Below are positions 24,000 through 38,222 of a stretch of 64,000 nt of DNA, in pieces. Location: positions 374,173 to 438,172 of the forward strand of contig JAAOMT010000258.1 of the NCBI GenBank assembly GCA_016748015.1. The letters run 5' to 3'. The stretch is from Geosiphon pyriformis uo1 (Eukaryota; Fungi; Glomeromycota). The translations under genes were made by a program, and so were the position numbers. Below the pieces are notes generated by a model. It made no database searches and was not told the DNA's origin. It saw nothing but the letters and a program-made list of their open reading frames with translations. How positions within the stretch are numbered: the first letter of the stretch is position 1; every line of letters starts with the position of its first letter.

Positions 24000-26900
24000 A
24001 TAAAATAATAAAATAAAATTTTACAAAGAAATAACAAAAATAAATATAAAAATTTATTAATAATAATAAGTATAAAAATTTTATGTAAATAAAATAAAAT
24101 TAGCAAGCTTTTTTAATTTATTAAAAAAATAATATGTATTAATATATGTTTAAATAATTAATTATATTAAAATTATTTGTATTATACTTAAATAATATAA
24201 CTATTTTAAATTTAATATATAAGTTTAATTATTATTTAATACAATATAATTATATAAAATTTTAAATTAGATATAATTTTTTTACATATAATTAATATAA
24301 GTATAATTTAAATTAAATAGTATTAATTTTAAAAAAAATCTATTTTAAATAATTATTTTATATATATATATAGCTAAAATATTATTATTTTTAATTATAT
24401 TATTTACATTATTCTTAATTACAAATAATTAAAGCTTTTAAAAAATTATTATTTTATTAAAAATTTTATTAACAAATAAATTATCATAAAAATCTATATT
24501 TTTATTATTAATATTATATTTTTAATCTTTAGCTTATCTTTTTATAAATTAAATATAAAAAAATAAATATATAAAGAAAAAATTTATTTTTTTAAGTATT
24601 TATTGCTTATTAAAAAAATTAAAACCAAATTATCAGTTTTTATTGTAAATATATATTATAAAAAATAAAATAAAAAATTATATCTTATAAAAAAACTTCA
24701 TTTTATAAGTGTAATTATTTCTATAAAAAACATGTAATATCTGTCAATATATTATTTTTATTAAAATCTGAAAATAAAAAAAATTCTGTTTACTATTAAG
24801 TTTTAAAAAAACTTAAATATTATTTAAATATTGATCAAAAAATTATTTTTAATATTAAAATTATTATAAATATTAAAGTATATATTATTTAATTTTTAAT
24901 TATAAAACTGTTTTTTATAGTTTATTAATTTAGTATTTTATGTTAAAACTGTTGTTTTTTTATTATTATATAAGTTTAACTTTTTAATATTAATTCTTAA
25001 TAAAAAATATATAAATATAAATTAAATTATTAAAGTCAAAATTGCAAAATTTGTTTAATGTAATAAAATTTGTTATTAAAAAGATAAAATTTTTAAATAC
25101 TAAAAAAAATTTTATTACATATGTTAAATTATATATTATATTATTAAAAATTTAGTTTTAACTTATTTTTAAGATAATAACTTATTTGTTTAAAGATTTT
25201 AATCAGATTAAAAATAGTTTTTAGTTGTTATTAATTATAATAAATTGTATTAAATATGAGTTGTAACAAAAAATAATAATATATAAAAAAACAAAAAAAA
25301 ATATATAAACATAATTATAATAAATAAATATTTATTAAATTAGATCTAAATAGCTAGCTATATATTAAAAATACATAATTTATGCTTAGAATAATTTTAT
25401 ATAATTAATAAAAAAAATTACTTTATAAAACATTAAAAAAATTTAAATTTAAATTATGTTTATTTTTTAAATTAGTTAATTTATTATTATAATGCTTAAA
25501 AAAACAAATCTAATTAATTTTATGCAAATATAAAAGTTTTAAAAAATATATTATCTAATTAATATATAATTAAATAATTAATTAATATAAAAAAATAGCT
25601 TAGAATTTTAAATATGAGCTTTATTAATTGTAAAAAAACTTGGATATTTTATAAAATAATAAGTAAAATATTATATTTGTTAAATAATTATACATGAGCT
25701 TTTTATAATTGTTTATATATAAATAATAAAAATAAATTATTTAATTAACTTTATTATTTTATAATAGTATTATAAAAAATTTAATAACAAAAACAAAAAA
25801 ACAATAGTTTTACTATTAAAATATTGATTTAATACTAAAAATAATTAATAATTATTATTATATTAATGAATCTAATAAATAATTAATCAGACAATTTATA
25901 ATAAAATAATTAATAAATTACTGTTTAGGCAAAAGCCAAAACTCAATTAACAATACAAACTATTAACATTAATTTTATCTACTAAACATTGGTTATTACT
26001 ATTACTATTACAACAACACCGTTTGGTATATCAATTAAAATTTAAAACAAAAGTTAAAATAAAATAATATTTTATAAATTTCTGATTTTTATTTATTTAT
26101 AATTTAATTTGTAAAAATTTTCAAATATAACCATTTGCTATAATTAAATTATGTATTACTTTAAATTATGTAACAATAAAATATTTGTTAAATTTGAACG
26201 AAATTGCCAAAATGCTTAATAGTTTATTAAATTAATTTTTATTTGAGAGAAATTTGCTAGAATCTTTCTTGAAATAGTATGATTCAAAATATATTCTACA
26301 ATAGTTCAGAAATCTTAATACTTGAATAAATAGAATTAATTATAGCAAATCTTTTTTTTCAAATTATAAGCACAAAAAATATATATTTTTAAATTATATT
26401 ATTAGGCTCGAAATTAATAACTGCAAAGTTGATTAGCTATTAATTTATTTTTTTAAAATCAAATATAATATTATTACAATTAAGTGAAAAAATTGATCTG
26501 GAAACAATTTAAATTGAACATCTTCAGCAGTTTGAAAACTTTCAAATTTTGGTCTTCGAAATTAAAACCTAACATTTTTATAGTTAAAGATTACTAATAA
26601 TTAGCAAAAAATGAAAGTTAAATTATTTAAAAACTACTCTATACAACCATAATAAAAATTGGCTATTCTTATTTTGTACTACTGAACAAAATTAATATTT
26701 GAAATAATAGAATATTATTTTCAATACCAAAAGTTTTTTTAATAATATTGATGCTAACTATGACAAATCTAATCCAAAACAATAATTATGGCAGCAACTT
26801 AAGCCAAAGCAACATTAGTAGCACCAATAAAAAAATAACAGCAAAATTAAAAAACCAACAAAGAAATAAACAACAAAACTAGATAAGCAAACCCAATTCA

Positions 26901-29900
26901 ACAAACAATTTAATTTTTAATTGGCTATAAATTTGGCCAGCCAAATAGCAAATTGCCAATTCTGTTATTATTATTTTTTATTAGCGGCTTTTTTTAAAGG
27001 ATTTTCGTTTTTATAAATATTGTTTGATAAGCACTTTTTAAATGATACAATAGTTATACAATAGTGATTTAATTATTTTATAAAAATTGCATATATTCTT
27101 ACTATTAAGTATTTTGCTATTTTTTTAATCAATCTTTTTAAAATAGTGTTATGTTTTACTTTTAATATTATGTTTTTTAAAAATAATATAACCATATTTT
27201 AGTTTTTAATATATTTTTAATGTCATAAAATAATTCAAAGAGTGAAAATTTTGCCTCGAATTTATTTTTATTATGTTAAAATAAATTAAAGCAGTTGTTC
27301 ATATCACAACTTTTGGTTTTTTTTACAAATTATTATATAAATATTAAACATATTTAAAAACAACAAATTCAACTTGTAATATATATTTAAGTTAAATTTA
27401 CATTTTAGCAAAATATATTTTTTATATATCAATCCAAGTGTGATATTCAATTAAACTTAAAATAAATCGAATTAAAAATAAAATTTTGACCTCAAAAAGT
27501 TCATATTTCCCAAAGAACACATAGCTATTATATTATTTAAAATAAATAATAATAAATTTAGCTGTCAACCTTTTTGTTCTGCTTTTAACATATTGATGTT
27601 AACTATTTTTGAAATCATTTGTTTTAAGATAATTCTATGAAAAAAATAAATAAATTTTGGGTTCAAAGTACATAATTTTATACTATTATCTCAAATTTTT
27701 ATACATAAGGTTTTGAATTTAAGTTGTAATATTTAAAAATCTTGAATTTATTAAATCTTAATTTAACAAAAGATTAATTCAAAATTGTTTATAATTTTGG
27801 TTTAAAATTTTAAACCTTCAAAGTTTAATAATAATGTTTAAATATTATATTTAATCATTGATTTAATTAATAACTTGATTTTTAACTTAATTATTAAATT
27901 AATTATTGACAAAATTATTGGCCTATGCGTTAATTTAGTCTTTTTCTTAATAAATATATACACAAAATATCTCAAAGCTATAAAAAAGATTTAATTAATT
28001 ACAGTCTCAATAGTATTTTATTTAAATAAAAGTTGAATCAATAATTTCTTGAAATTGTATTTGTTAAAATTAACTTAATTAAAAACGTTTTTTTGTAATT
28101 TATTAAGTAAATAACAATTAAAAATAAATAATATCTATTATTAAATTCTAAAAACACTAAGTAAGACATAGAATTATAACAACAGTGTTAATTGAATTTT
28201 TTAAATATTAAGTTTGCTTTCTTGTTAAACTTTCTTTTAATTAAACTTATATTGCTTTCAATTTTTCAATTCTTGCTATTTATTAGTTTTTATTCCAATC
28301 TATAAAAATCTATTATATTTAATTATTTTTTATAAATCAATGTCAGTTTTGATTACATAATTAACTAACAATAATAACTTAATTAAAAATAGATAATTAA
28401 AATAAATAACTAAATTATAACTTATAATAATTAGAAATGGTTTTTAAAACATTAATATTATGGTATTAAAAAAGCTTTTTTATTTTGAATAACTTTTAAC
28501 ATAACCATTAAATTAAAATTATTGAATTGATACAACTTATTGCGAGAAAAATAGGAATACCAATATTAAATAAACAAATAAAATCACAATTTTAAAATAG
28601 TATTAAAAATTTTTCGTTAAAATTTACAAAAATATTATTGGGAACATTCACTTAAGTTTAAAATTTTAATTAAAACAATATACAATAAAATACTGGTTAA
28701 TATTAATATGCAAAACAATATCTGAATAATGCCAAAAATATTTATCAAGGTAAATTAATAAATTTGTTACTAAATTGTATCCCATTTGAAGTAAATAACC
28801 TATTTTGTTGTGTTTATATATATGAAAGATTGTGTTGAATAAAAATTTTCACATTAATTAATTTTTCAAGCAAAATATTTTAATGTCAAAGCAAATTGAA
28901 AATGGATATAAAATATTGAAAAAATAATTGAATAAAAAATTTAAATTACATAAAAAATTATAACAGCAAATTTTTTGAAAGCAAGAAATTCAACAAATTT
29001 TCAGAATCCAACATAAAACAACTAACATACAAATATTAATAATATTGCATATAAAAAATTAACACAGTTAATAACAATAGTAATAATAATAATAATAATA
29101 ATTATTATTATTATAAATTTATAAATTTAAAATTTTTTTCTCATTTTAAAAATATTATTAAATTACAGTAGCACAATTTAAATAATTTCATTAATAAAAA
29201 ATAGTCACAAAAAAAAATTTGATTACAAACTATTAATATTAATTTGAAGCTCAATTTATTAATAAAAATAATATTTTTAAAACTATTAATAGTAAAATTA
29301 AATATAAATTATTGTAGAACTCAAGATTGACTAAAAAGTATTTTCAATTTAAAATACTCTTTATTATATAATAATTTGAAAATGGTTAATATTTTTTGAA
29401 AATAACATATGGGAGCAAAAATATTAAGATATTAATTTAATTGGTTTTTCTCAATAACAACCACAGCAAAAAATAATAAACAAGTTTGTTATTATTTAAA
29501 AAATTCAATTTTTTATTAAATCACATAAGCTATAATAATAAAGCTATTTAATAGGAATATTTCCATATCAATGTTAACTATTATGTTATGATTTAAAAAA
29601 AAATTATTATATAATTTACTGTTTCATATTTATTGTTATTTTTATAAAAATTGAATTCGATATAAATCAATAAAATTTCCAAAAAATAATCAAAATTTGA
29701 TTAATTACAAACGAGTTATATATAACTCGAACTAAGAAACAATTTATGTATTAAATTATCAATAAAAATGTATAGTAATCTATTTAGGTTAATTCATAAT
29801 TAGTCTTATTTATTTATTTTTTATATTATTGATTTGCAACATTTTCGTTTTTTAAAAAGATTTGTTTTGTCTTAAATTAAAGTCAATTGGAATTTTAATG

Positions 29901-30950
29901 TTATTTTTAATAAATTAATTAATGATAATATTTATTGAAAGTTTATAAAGTTTGCTTATAAATACTAATAGCATTAATTTTGTTTATTGACAATTAGTGA
30001 TATTTTTAATTTTAAACAATTTTGCTTTTTTTAAATAAAAAAATTTGAAATATTTTGGTAAACTTCGAGCAATAATAATATTTGTTATTGATAAAAAAAG
30101 TTTTTTTAAAGATTTATCAAATCATATCAATTTACTTTAGTTTTTTATTTTTGGTCTTAAATAATAATAAGCGTTTATATAAAATATTAAAAATAAAGAA
30201 TTATTGCATATTTTCAAAAGTAAGCTATTTTTTATTTCTTAAATATATTATTTAAGTTAATTAATTAATATATATATAAATTTCTTATAAACACCGAAAA
30301 ATTTTACTTAATTATTATCAGTAATTTGTGACTTTTATAAAGACCTTAAACACTAAAATAAATTTTATAGATTATTAACATTAGATCAATTTATTGTGAG
30401 TTTATAAACTTGTAAATTTTTACCAATTCTTTACTTAATAATTGTTATCTAGCATAAAATATTAATTTTTTCACTAATTGCAATTATACTGATTTTCAAA
30501 CAGTTAATAATTTTGTTATTTGAAAATTTTCATTTTTTAAATATTTAACCCATATTTTATTTAATATTATTAATCATCAATGAAATTCAATAGTTTTAAC
30601 TTCTAATTAATAATAAAAAACACAATTGCTTTTTAAAATATATAAAATTAACCTTTATATTAATAATTTAATTTAATTTACATTATATATGTTCATAATA
30701 AAATAAATAAAATATTTTTCGTTGATTAATCAAATTATTTCTTTTGCTACAATTCTGGTCTTATTAAAAATATATTTGAAAATGTTTAATCAAAATTTTC
30801 AAATCAGATACTAACACAAGTAAAAAGAGTTTAATGTGAACTTTTTATAAATTAATTCAAATCTAAATAAATATGATAATTGAAGTTTTAAAGGCAAATT
30901 AAGTATTACAATGATAAAATGTAACTTTAAACAGTTTGTAAACCAACAAA
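24000..30950. repeat. AT-rich block, probably hypermutated repeat relics
   Basis: No credible ORFs; residual G/C conspicuously in GC dinucleotides (agct, tagc, tgc), clearest at 24-26 kb. Confidence 0.65.
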
Positions 30951-32060
30951 AAAAACAATAACTTCAAAAAAAAGATATAAATAAAAATGTGCAGTTTATT
31001 TTCGGATTAATTTAATAATTTCATGTGTTGAAAGTGGTTGCGTGTATAAAAAAAACCATATACTTGCAAAAATTTATTGTTTATTTCAAAAAATCCCTGC
31101 CCCAATCAAGTTTTCTTGGCCTAAGCAATATGATCGTCTCCTCAATTTCAATGTCATGGTTAGAGTTTGACTTTGCAATCTACATGGCATTATGACTACT
31201 AGTGGGATTGCTATTTACACGCAAAGGTTGTTCGATAAAAAAGCTTTGTGAAAGGATTTACTGAATTAAAAATTTTACAATCTACAATAAATATAGCAAA
31301 TTTGAAAAAAAGACGGCAAATAAATCATTTAAAAACCTATGAAGACTATTACTTTTGGCTATCATTTTCCTAAGAGTTAGAGAGATACTGAATTTTTATT
31401 GCCAGGGAAAGTCAACTTTAAAAATCAGATAAAATTTGAGTCATTAGCTTATGTACTTGTTTAAAATAAATAATTTGCAATATTCCAAGTCGCCTGACAT
31501 CGAAAAGTCACCCAGGATATAAGTCATCTTGCTAAATATGGCTTTGAGCACTGACATGCGACTAATGTTTTCAAAGCGTAAATGTTTTTAAAGAATTTTT
31601 TTTTCAAATGACTTCAAATCTAAAGCGAGCCAATTAATTTCCAGGCACTAAGTTTCCTATAAGCATGTGTTTTTATAGATTTCTTCTCTTCATTTAAAAT
31701 ATTCAGTGTTCGTTTTGCTTTGAGCCTATTTTGGACTCTTAATAAACCATTTAGCATTTAGTCATATCTTTATTTCATTAAAGTTATCGCAGTAAATTAT
31801 TTCAAAAAAATTATGAAGCTCGATAAAAAATCAAGATATTTATAGTTACATCTTTTCAACGTTAAAAACAATAACCACATTTTTTTCGATGTCAAAAAAT
31901 TGAATTAGCCTTATTATCTGTCTTTATCAGCCTTATGATATCACAATTAAGGCAACGGATGCAATGCACAACAGCCATAAAATGGATCATCTGCAGCTCT
32001 TTTTTAACCAACTCCCTTGACTAATTTCGATTTTGTAATCCCTACACATTAATTCATTAA

Positions 32061-33457
32061 ATGCAAGCATTAAAATCAAAGGGCTCGTTTGAATTTACGT
32101 TATTTGAAGTTTCAAAAGTCACTGGGGAAGTTTATAGTCCACCGTTCGCCACTTCTGATGACATGTTTTGGCAGTTAAAGTTTGTTGCGGTATGAACTGA
32201 TACAAAATTCTCGAAATTTCACAATGCATATATTTCAAAAAGGTAATGATTATCTGACAACATGATTTTACAGTCATACAAAGAAGAACCAGATTATTTC
32301 TCGTTATTTCTTTGTGCTATTCCCAATGGTGAAGAAGAGTATTTGACAACAGCTTGGACGAGGCGTAGCACAGTATCTGCGACGCTTTTCTTGAGAAGTC
32401 CACATCTACATTGTTCATCTGAATCCTCGACTTCCTCGTAGGTTTTTCTACTGTTCTGCTATTCCCATAAAACTGTAAAGCTCTTATTGACAGGTGATTA
32501 ATTTATTAGGCAATATGTAAAGACATTTACGATAGGGATGGAAAACTTCTGTGCGAAATGGGCAGGCTATGGTATATAACAAACATCGCTTTTCACCATT
32601 TTCTTCAATAGTTAAAGTATCCTGTTATCCAGCTAAAGCTCTCTCTAAAAACAGGATTGAATCGATTTTACAAAAAAAGCTTATTACCAGATGAATTCAC
32701 ACTAGGTGTTGATTTTGACAAAACCGTCTTTAAGCCTTTAGCTCAGGCTGGGCCACTGCCAGCTCCACCTGTTGCTGAAAATTTGCTTGAAGCATGGACA
32801 GCTCAATTAAACCAAACTGAATTAGCAGATGTTCAATTTGATGTCCAAGGTCACATGATTTATGCCCATAGTAGCATATTATCAAAAAGATCTGAATATT
32901 TCCAAAAGATTTTTCAACAAAAATGGTCCGAATTTCAAAAGAAAAGTTCAAGCTCTGAATCAGCATACGCAGTACCTTTAGCTGTTGAAAAACCAATCAT
33001 CAACAACAAATCGGTGACTGAAAATTCTACAATCTCTGTTAAATATTTTATTAAGGTTACAGACTTTAATCACATAACCTTTCTCGAAATGCTTCGATTT
33101 TTATACACCGATAAAGTCATATTCGACAAACGGGAAGGATCACAAAAAACGGCATTGGCGATGTTCAGCATTGCTGACAAGTATCTAATTTTTGATCTTC
33201 GACAACGGGCCAAAGCAAAGTTATGCAGAGATTTAAATGATTATAATGCTGCCGAACTCTTATTTGGAATGGCTTGGAAATGGCCGGATATCAAAGACCA
33301 TGTACTCAAGTACGTAGCCGATAATTTCAATCGTATTCGTAAAACCCCTAATTTCCAACACATCGAAGCAAATCCGGTGGCATACCCATGCCTTGGTGAA
33401 TTGATGCTGGAACTTGTACAGCTTTTGGTCCCCCTGGATAAAAAAAATACAGAATAG
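32061..33457 (+). CDS. MATH-BTB (SPOP-like) Cullin-3 substrate adaptor, paralogue 1, 4 exons
   Basis: MATH-like N-terminus 'FEFTLFEV...YSPPFATSDDMFWQLKF|..DYFSLFLCA'; BTB 'ADVQFDVQGHMIYAHSSILSKRSEYF...FLEMLRFLYTD...IADKY'; BACK-like tail. Splicing gives an open frame. Confidence 0.88.
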
Positions 33458-35110
33458 TATTTCACAGATTTCCTTTTTTTGCTGAATGAACTTTTTTATT
33501 TTTGTCCTTATCGAGATTTTCACCCCATAGTTTCCTTGCAACACTATTTGATATTTTAAAATATCTCGAATTTCGGGTTGAGATTAGATGCAGAAATCCT
33601 TGAATTTATGCTGAATTAATTTTCACCAGTTCCTTCAGAATTTGATACCGTTTTGGGGACTTAAAAATTTACCTTCTGAAACGGTCAAGGCGCAATCTTT
33701 TGTATTTGTTTAGCCAATGTGTTTGATTTACGAATTTTAAATGATTCCAGAAAATTTCCTGAGGTTCAAACGAATATCTTTAGAAAATATCAGTCATAAA
33801 GAATGGGTTATACAGTCAATCAATAAAGTTACAAATCCACAATTTGAAAGGTTTAATGTGCTAGTTGCATTTTAAAAATTTAATAATAGGGAGTCAAATG
33901 TTTAACTAAATAAAATCTATGCAAATTAATTTTCTTTTTTCTTAAATTTGGGTCATTCCTTTACCAGTTTCACGAGATTCCAAAGTCTTTCTCAAATCAA
34001 AAATTTACAAATATTAATATATCTGCATGTTGATTCCTCTTAAAACCAGGGAATTTCAAAAGTAACAAGTGTCATAAGCAAATTCCGTAAATCACAAATG
34101 ACATAGAAAAGGTTTTTATGCTCTCCTCAGGAGCAAAATTTTAACATTATTTATAAAAATTAAAGGATAAAATGGCAGTATAAGATAAAAGAATTTTGCT
34201 TTAGGATCAATTTAGATCGAATTTTTAAATTTAATATCTCCTTAAAAAATCACACTATCAAATAATAACACGGAAAATGGAGTCTTGCAAGTTCGACGAT
34301 TAAATAAGAGATTCAAAAACAAATCTATCATTGAGATTTACAAATCTAACTTAAATATCCCAAATTTTAAGGTACAATCCTTTCCCAAACGTGAGTCCTG
34401 ATTCGTCAATTCAGGGAAGGTTTAAATACATTGACGACTTACTTGGAGGTTTGCAAATTTTCTTCTGATTAAAGCTCTTTAATCTTAAAAAGCATATTCA
34501 GGATTTAGCTCAAATCACCTTATTTTACATCCAAAAGTCAAAACCCACATGCATTCAGAGAACAATGCGTAAGTATTGTATTTCGCGGCACAAAATCTCT
34601 CCTAGGCTGATGTCGTTTTACGCCAGTGACACAGATCAACTTGTTTTACTTATTGGTAAGTGGGAATCCATTTTTTGAAGAACATGCTGCTCGTTGATCG
34701 TAGGATCCTCAAATAATATTTGTCCCACTACGGAATTGAGTTCCTATTTTGGATAAAATTACTCAATTCAACGGAACTTTTCAAATTTCAAACGATCAAA
34801 TTCTCATTTGCATTATGATTTATGTAAGTAATTTATTTAGAAATGGAAAAGGCAAGACAAGAATTTAATAAAGAGATTAGACTTAGAGCTTTAAAAGTTA
34901 GCATAATCTTTGATGGATCATTATAAGTTAGGGTTTATAGGGCATCATTGAAAAATCTGCAGGCTGAATATTCTTTAAATATCCTAAAGGAATCGAATTT
35001 GGGAAAGCCAACAGCCTTTTACCAATTGTTCGGTTGATGAATAAACGGTTCATATTAAATTTACATTTCGTCTTTGCGCCAAAAATTCAAATATTGCGAA
35101 ATTTCATAAA

Positions 35111-36465
35111 ATGCTCATGACAATTCAAAAGAAAAGTTCTAAAGTGGCGCCACCGAGGTATTTAAGAAATTAATGGTATAAGAAATTCCTGCTAGACACA
35201 ATATTGAAGCTATTTTTTTTCTTCTATTCCAACCTTCAGCAAATTGCCTTTACGTAATAATTCAAGATCAAGTTCACCAGGACAACGCCCTCGTTCCATT
35301 TTAAAACAAAAGCCTAAAACACCCAAACCTCAACTGGTATTCGATATACTTGACCAAATTTTTATATTTGTTGCTGATGCCTATGATGACGCGGACAAAT
35401 TTGAATACGGGAGATATCAAGATTTATTCAACTGCCTTCTTGTCAATAGAGCTTGGGCTCAAGCTGTTATGCCATTACTTTGGAGTCAACCTTTGCGCAA
35501 ATATCATCTCCAAAAAAATTATAAAGTTCTCAAAGTATATTTGAGCCTTCTTGACATCACACAGCGCAGTAATCTCAAAGCAACTGGAATCGAATTTCCT
35601 AAGACCGTAAAACCAGCATTCGAGTACGCGAGATATATAAAACATCTGAATTATGGAACGTTGGTAGAATGTATCCGGGAACTTTGTGAAAAGAGAAAAT
35701 CAAAATGGTCAACCGATTGTTTCATAACTGTGTTAGGGAATATCTTGGAACTATTTTCTAAGCAAGGAGCACAGCTCAAGGTACTCGAGATTTATCCAAG
35801 CACGGTAAAACAACGAGGAATTTACGCACCGTTGATTGGAAAGGATTTTTTTCATGTGATTGAGTCGATTAATCGTCTTGAAATCAATGGGAACTTTATC
35901 GGAGAGAATGAGATTTATGATAGTTTGGCTGAAACATGCAGAAATATAGTAGGTGAAATTGAGTATGGCGTTTTACTTTATATTTTCTTAAAAATTTTTT
36001 TTTCAGGAACATATCACAATTCGCTACTTTTCCTCACCCTCCTGCTCTTGGCAACCACCATCTGCATCAGTTGTTGATATTCCTGTATTTTTGGTACAAA
36101 TGCAAAACAAACTCGTTTCACTTACGCTTCACAATTACCCCGGAAATGCGGACCGTATGTGTGCGGCGATCTTGTCGCAAAAAAACAGTCTTCGTCATAT
36201 CATTTTGAAAGAGATTGACTTTGAAAAGAAAGTGTTAATGTTTAAAGCATTAGCCGAATGTGAAAACTTGGAGACTCTTACCCTTTGCAGCTGTAAAAAT
36301 TTGACAGCTGAGATGGCGGTACCATTATGGCGGGCCGTTTTCGCGAATCTGAGAGAGGTGAAGGTTATCCCAGAACGGGATAGTTGTATGCCAGGTGGTG
36401 AGAATGTAAAAATTTGTTGGGAGTTTAAGACGTGGGCAAATATTAGAAACAAATGTGAACAATAG
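35111..36465 (+). CDS. F-box / RNI-like LRR protein, 3 exons (35111-35157, 35240-35948, 36007-36465)
   Basis: F-box-like 'LVFDILDQIF...LFNCLLVNRAWAQAVMPLLWSQP', 'FEYARYIKHLNY', and LRR-like 'LENLETLTLCSCKNLT'-type segments. GT-AG introns join the exons in frame. Confidence 0.82.
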
Positions 36466-36976
36466 GGACATTTGATTTTGTTTTACAGGGTCTTTTCTTG
36501 GAATCACATCGAAATGAATTTAGCTCAGAACATATGATTAAAGAATTCGCCCGGCTCCAAAAATATATATTTAAGTAAATGTCGGCAATTATTTATTCCC
36601 GTTTCCCAAATCTATTTATCATCTGCTGTATTAAGCTCCTTAATTGAACAAATATCACATGTTACTCCGCGCCCGACATTTTTAATCGTTGAAATGCAAG
36701 GATCTGAAATGATCGATTTCTGAACAGCTAAAAAAACTTTGATTCGATTAAACGATTTTATTTTAAGGTCAGAAGACCCTGCTTCGACTAGAAAACTAGG
36801 CATTGACTTTTAAGATTAAAATATCACAAGAATCCTTGAGATCATCGTGGGCTTATTCATTTTATAAAATTCATGATTCAGGTTTTTTTTTAAATTTTGA
36901 GCTAAATATACAACAAAAAGATTATCGTCAGATATTGGTAATGAGGCAAGGAAATTTGGGTGATGATACATTGGAT

Positions 36977-38222
36977 TCATTTCCGGAGTTCTCTTTTGGG
37001 CACCAATTTCTTCTATAGTTCAGCCATTATTCCAGGTGACCCAGGAAATTCTTCAAAGTGAGTGGCGATATAAGCAAAATCTTGGGTGTTGCCCACTTCG
37101 GTAAAATTAGCAGCTACAAATGTGAGGAAAAGGTCTTTTAAATCCAGATATTTCGTACAAATTGTAAGCAATGTCATAGCGGCATTTTGAAATTTAAGAT
37201 CTCTCATAAACCGCGCTTTCGCTTTATCTCGAAGTTCATCAAGCAAATATTCATCAGCTAAGCAAAATATCTACGAAATAAAATTTTCGATGGAAATTTT
37301 TATTGAAAAACTTAATTAATATTAATTTGCGTTAAGAGGGGTTTTGTGCGACTCTTCCTATTAAAATCAACATAATTTGTATAAAGAAAAAGAAGCATTT
37401 GGAAATAAGCTTCAGGATGAAAATCAGATACTTTAACCGAGCGTTAGAGTTTATAACCGTTTGCTTATTCGATCCTTCACTTTGTTCAGCAAAGAGCCTG
37501 ATGTAGTTTTCTGCCCAAGTTCTGGCGAAAATATTCCGAAAATATTCACTTCGGTTTGCCAACACAATGCTGCTTGCATAGGAAATTATCCCTTGTCCTT
37601 TGATTTCAACGTCACCAGTGCCAGATGTAGAAAGCTATAACGTCAGTTTTTGAATTAAATCCTCAGGAAATCGATCAGGAGTTGAAAATTGTTCAGTTGG
37701 TCGAAAATCAACACCACATATAATTCTGTTAGGGAGATCCATTTTTCGACAGAATTTCGCTCAGCCTTTTAAAGTTTTATGTTATATTAAAAGACGGTAT
37801 TAAAAATAGAATTTGGTTTGTGAAATATGAAAAAAATCTTCGAAATCTAATGCGTGAATACCTCTCTTAATATCTGAAACAGTCTGAAAAAAGTTCTTTA
37901 GATAAAGAGGATTCGTCCTGATATAGTGTCAGGAGCTTTCATTCTTGATATATACATTTACTCAAGGTATATTTTCATCTGGTGGCAGCATGCAAGTATA
38001 GTGAGCAATAACTTCATCTTGCTTAGCAACCTAGCCTAATTCGACAGAATTTTCCCAATTAAAAATCCAGAGTATTATGATAAATCAAGGTTAAAAGCTG
38101 TTGTAATTTACCGGTGTAAATTTCAGAAACCAGGACCGTGCAAGAAACGTAAATTCAGCACTCTGAGCTGGAGTTCTTAGTGTGAAGACATCATCAACGA
38201 TGAATTCGAAAAAATTATCCAT
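36977..38222 (-). pseudogene. MATH-BTB paralogue 2, pseudogene
   Basis: Homologous exons (MDNFFEF...WFLKFTP|; YCSLYLHA; YASSIVLANRSEYF; DFHPEAYFQMLLFLYTN; IFCLADEY). In-frame TAG at 37635-37637 and 37013-37015; frameshifts near 38010, 37432 and 37355. Confidence 0.85.

Noticed and set aside
29080-29116. (AAT)n(ATT)n quasi-palindrome
   Set aside because: Simple low-complexity repeat in AT-rich DNA with no evidence of function.
36612-36803. 63-aa minus-strand ORF downstream of the BTB pseudogene
   Set aside because: No recognisable motif or splice linkage; cannot be supported as a gene.
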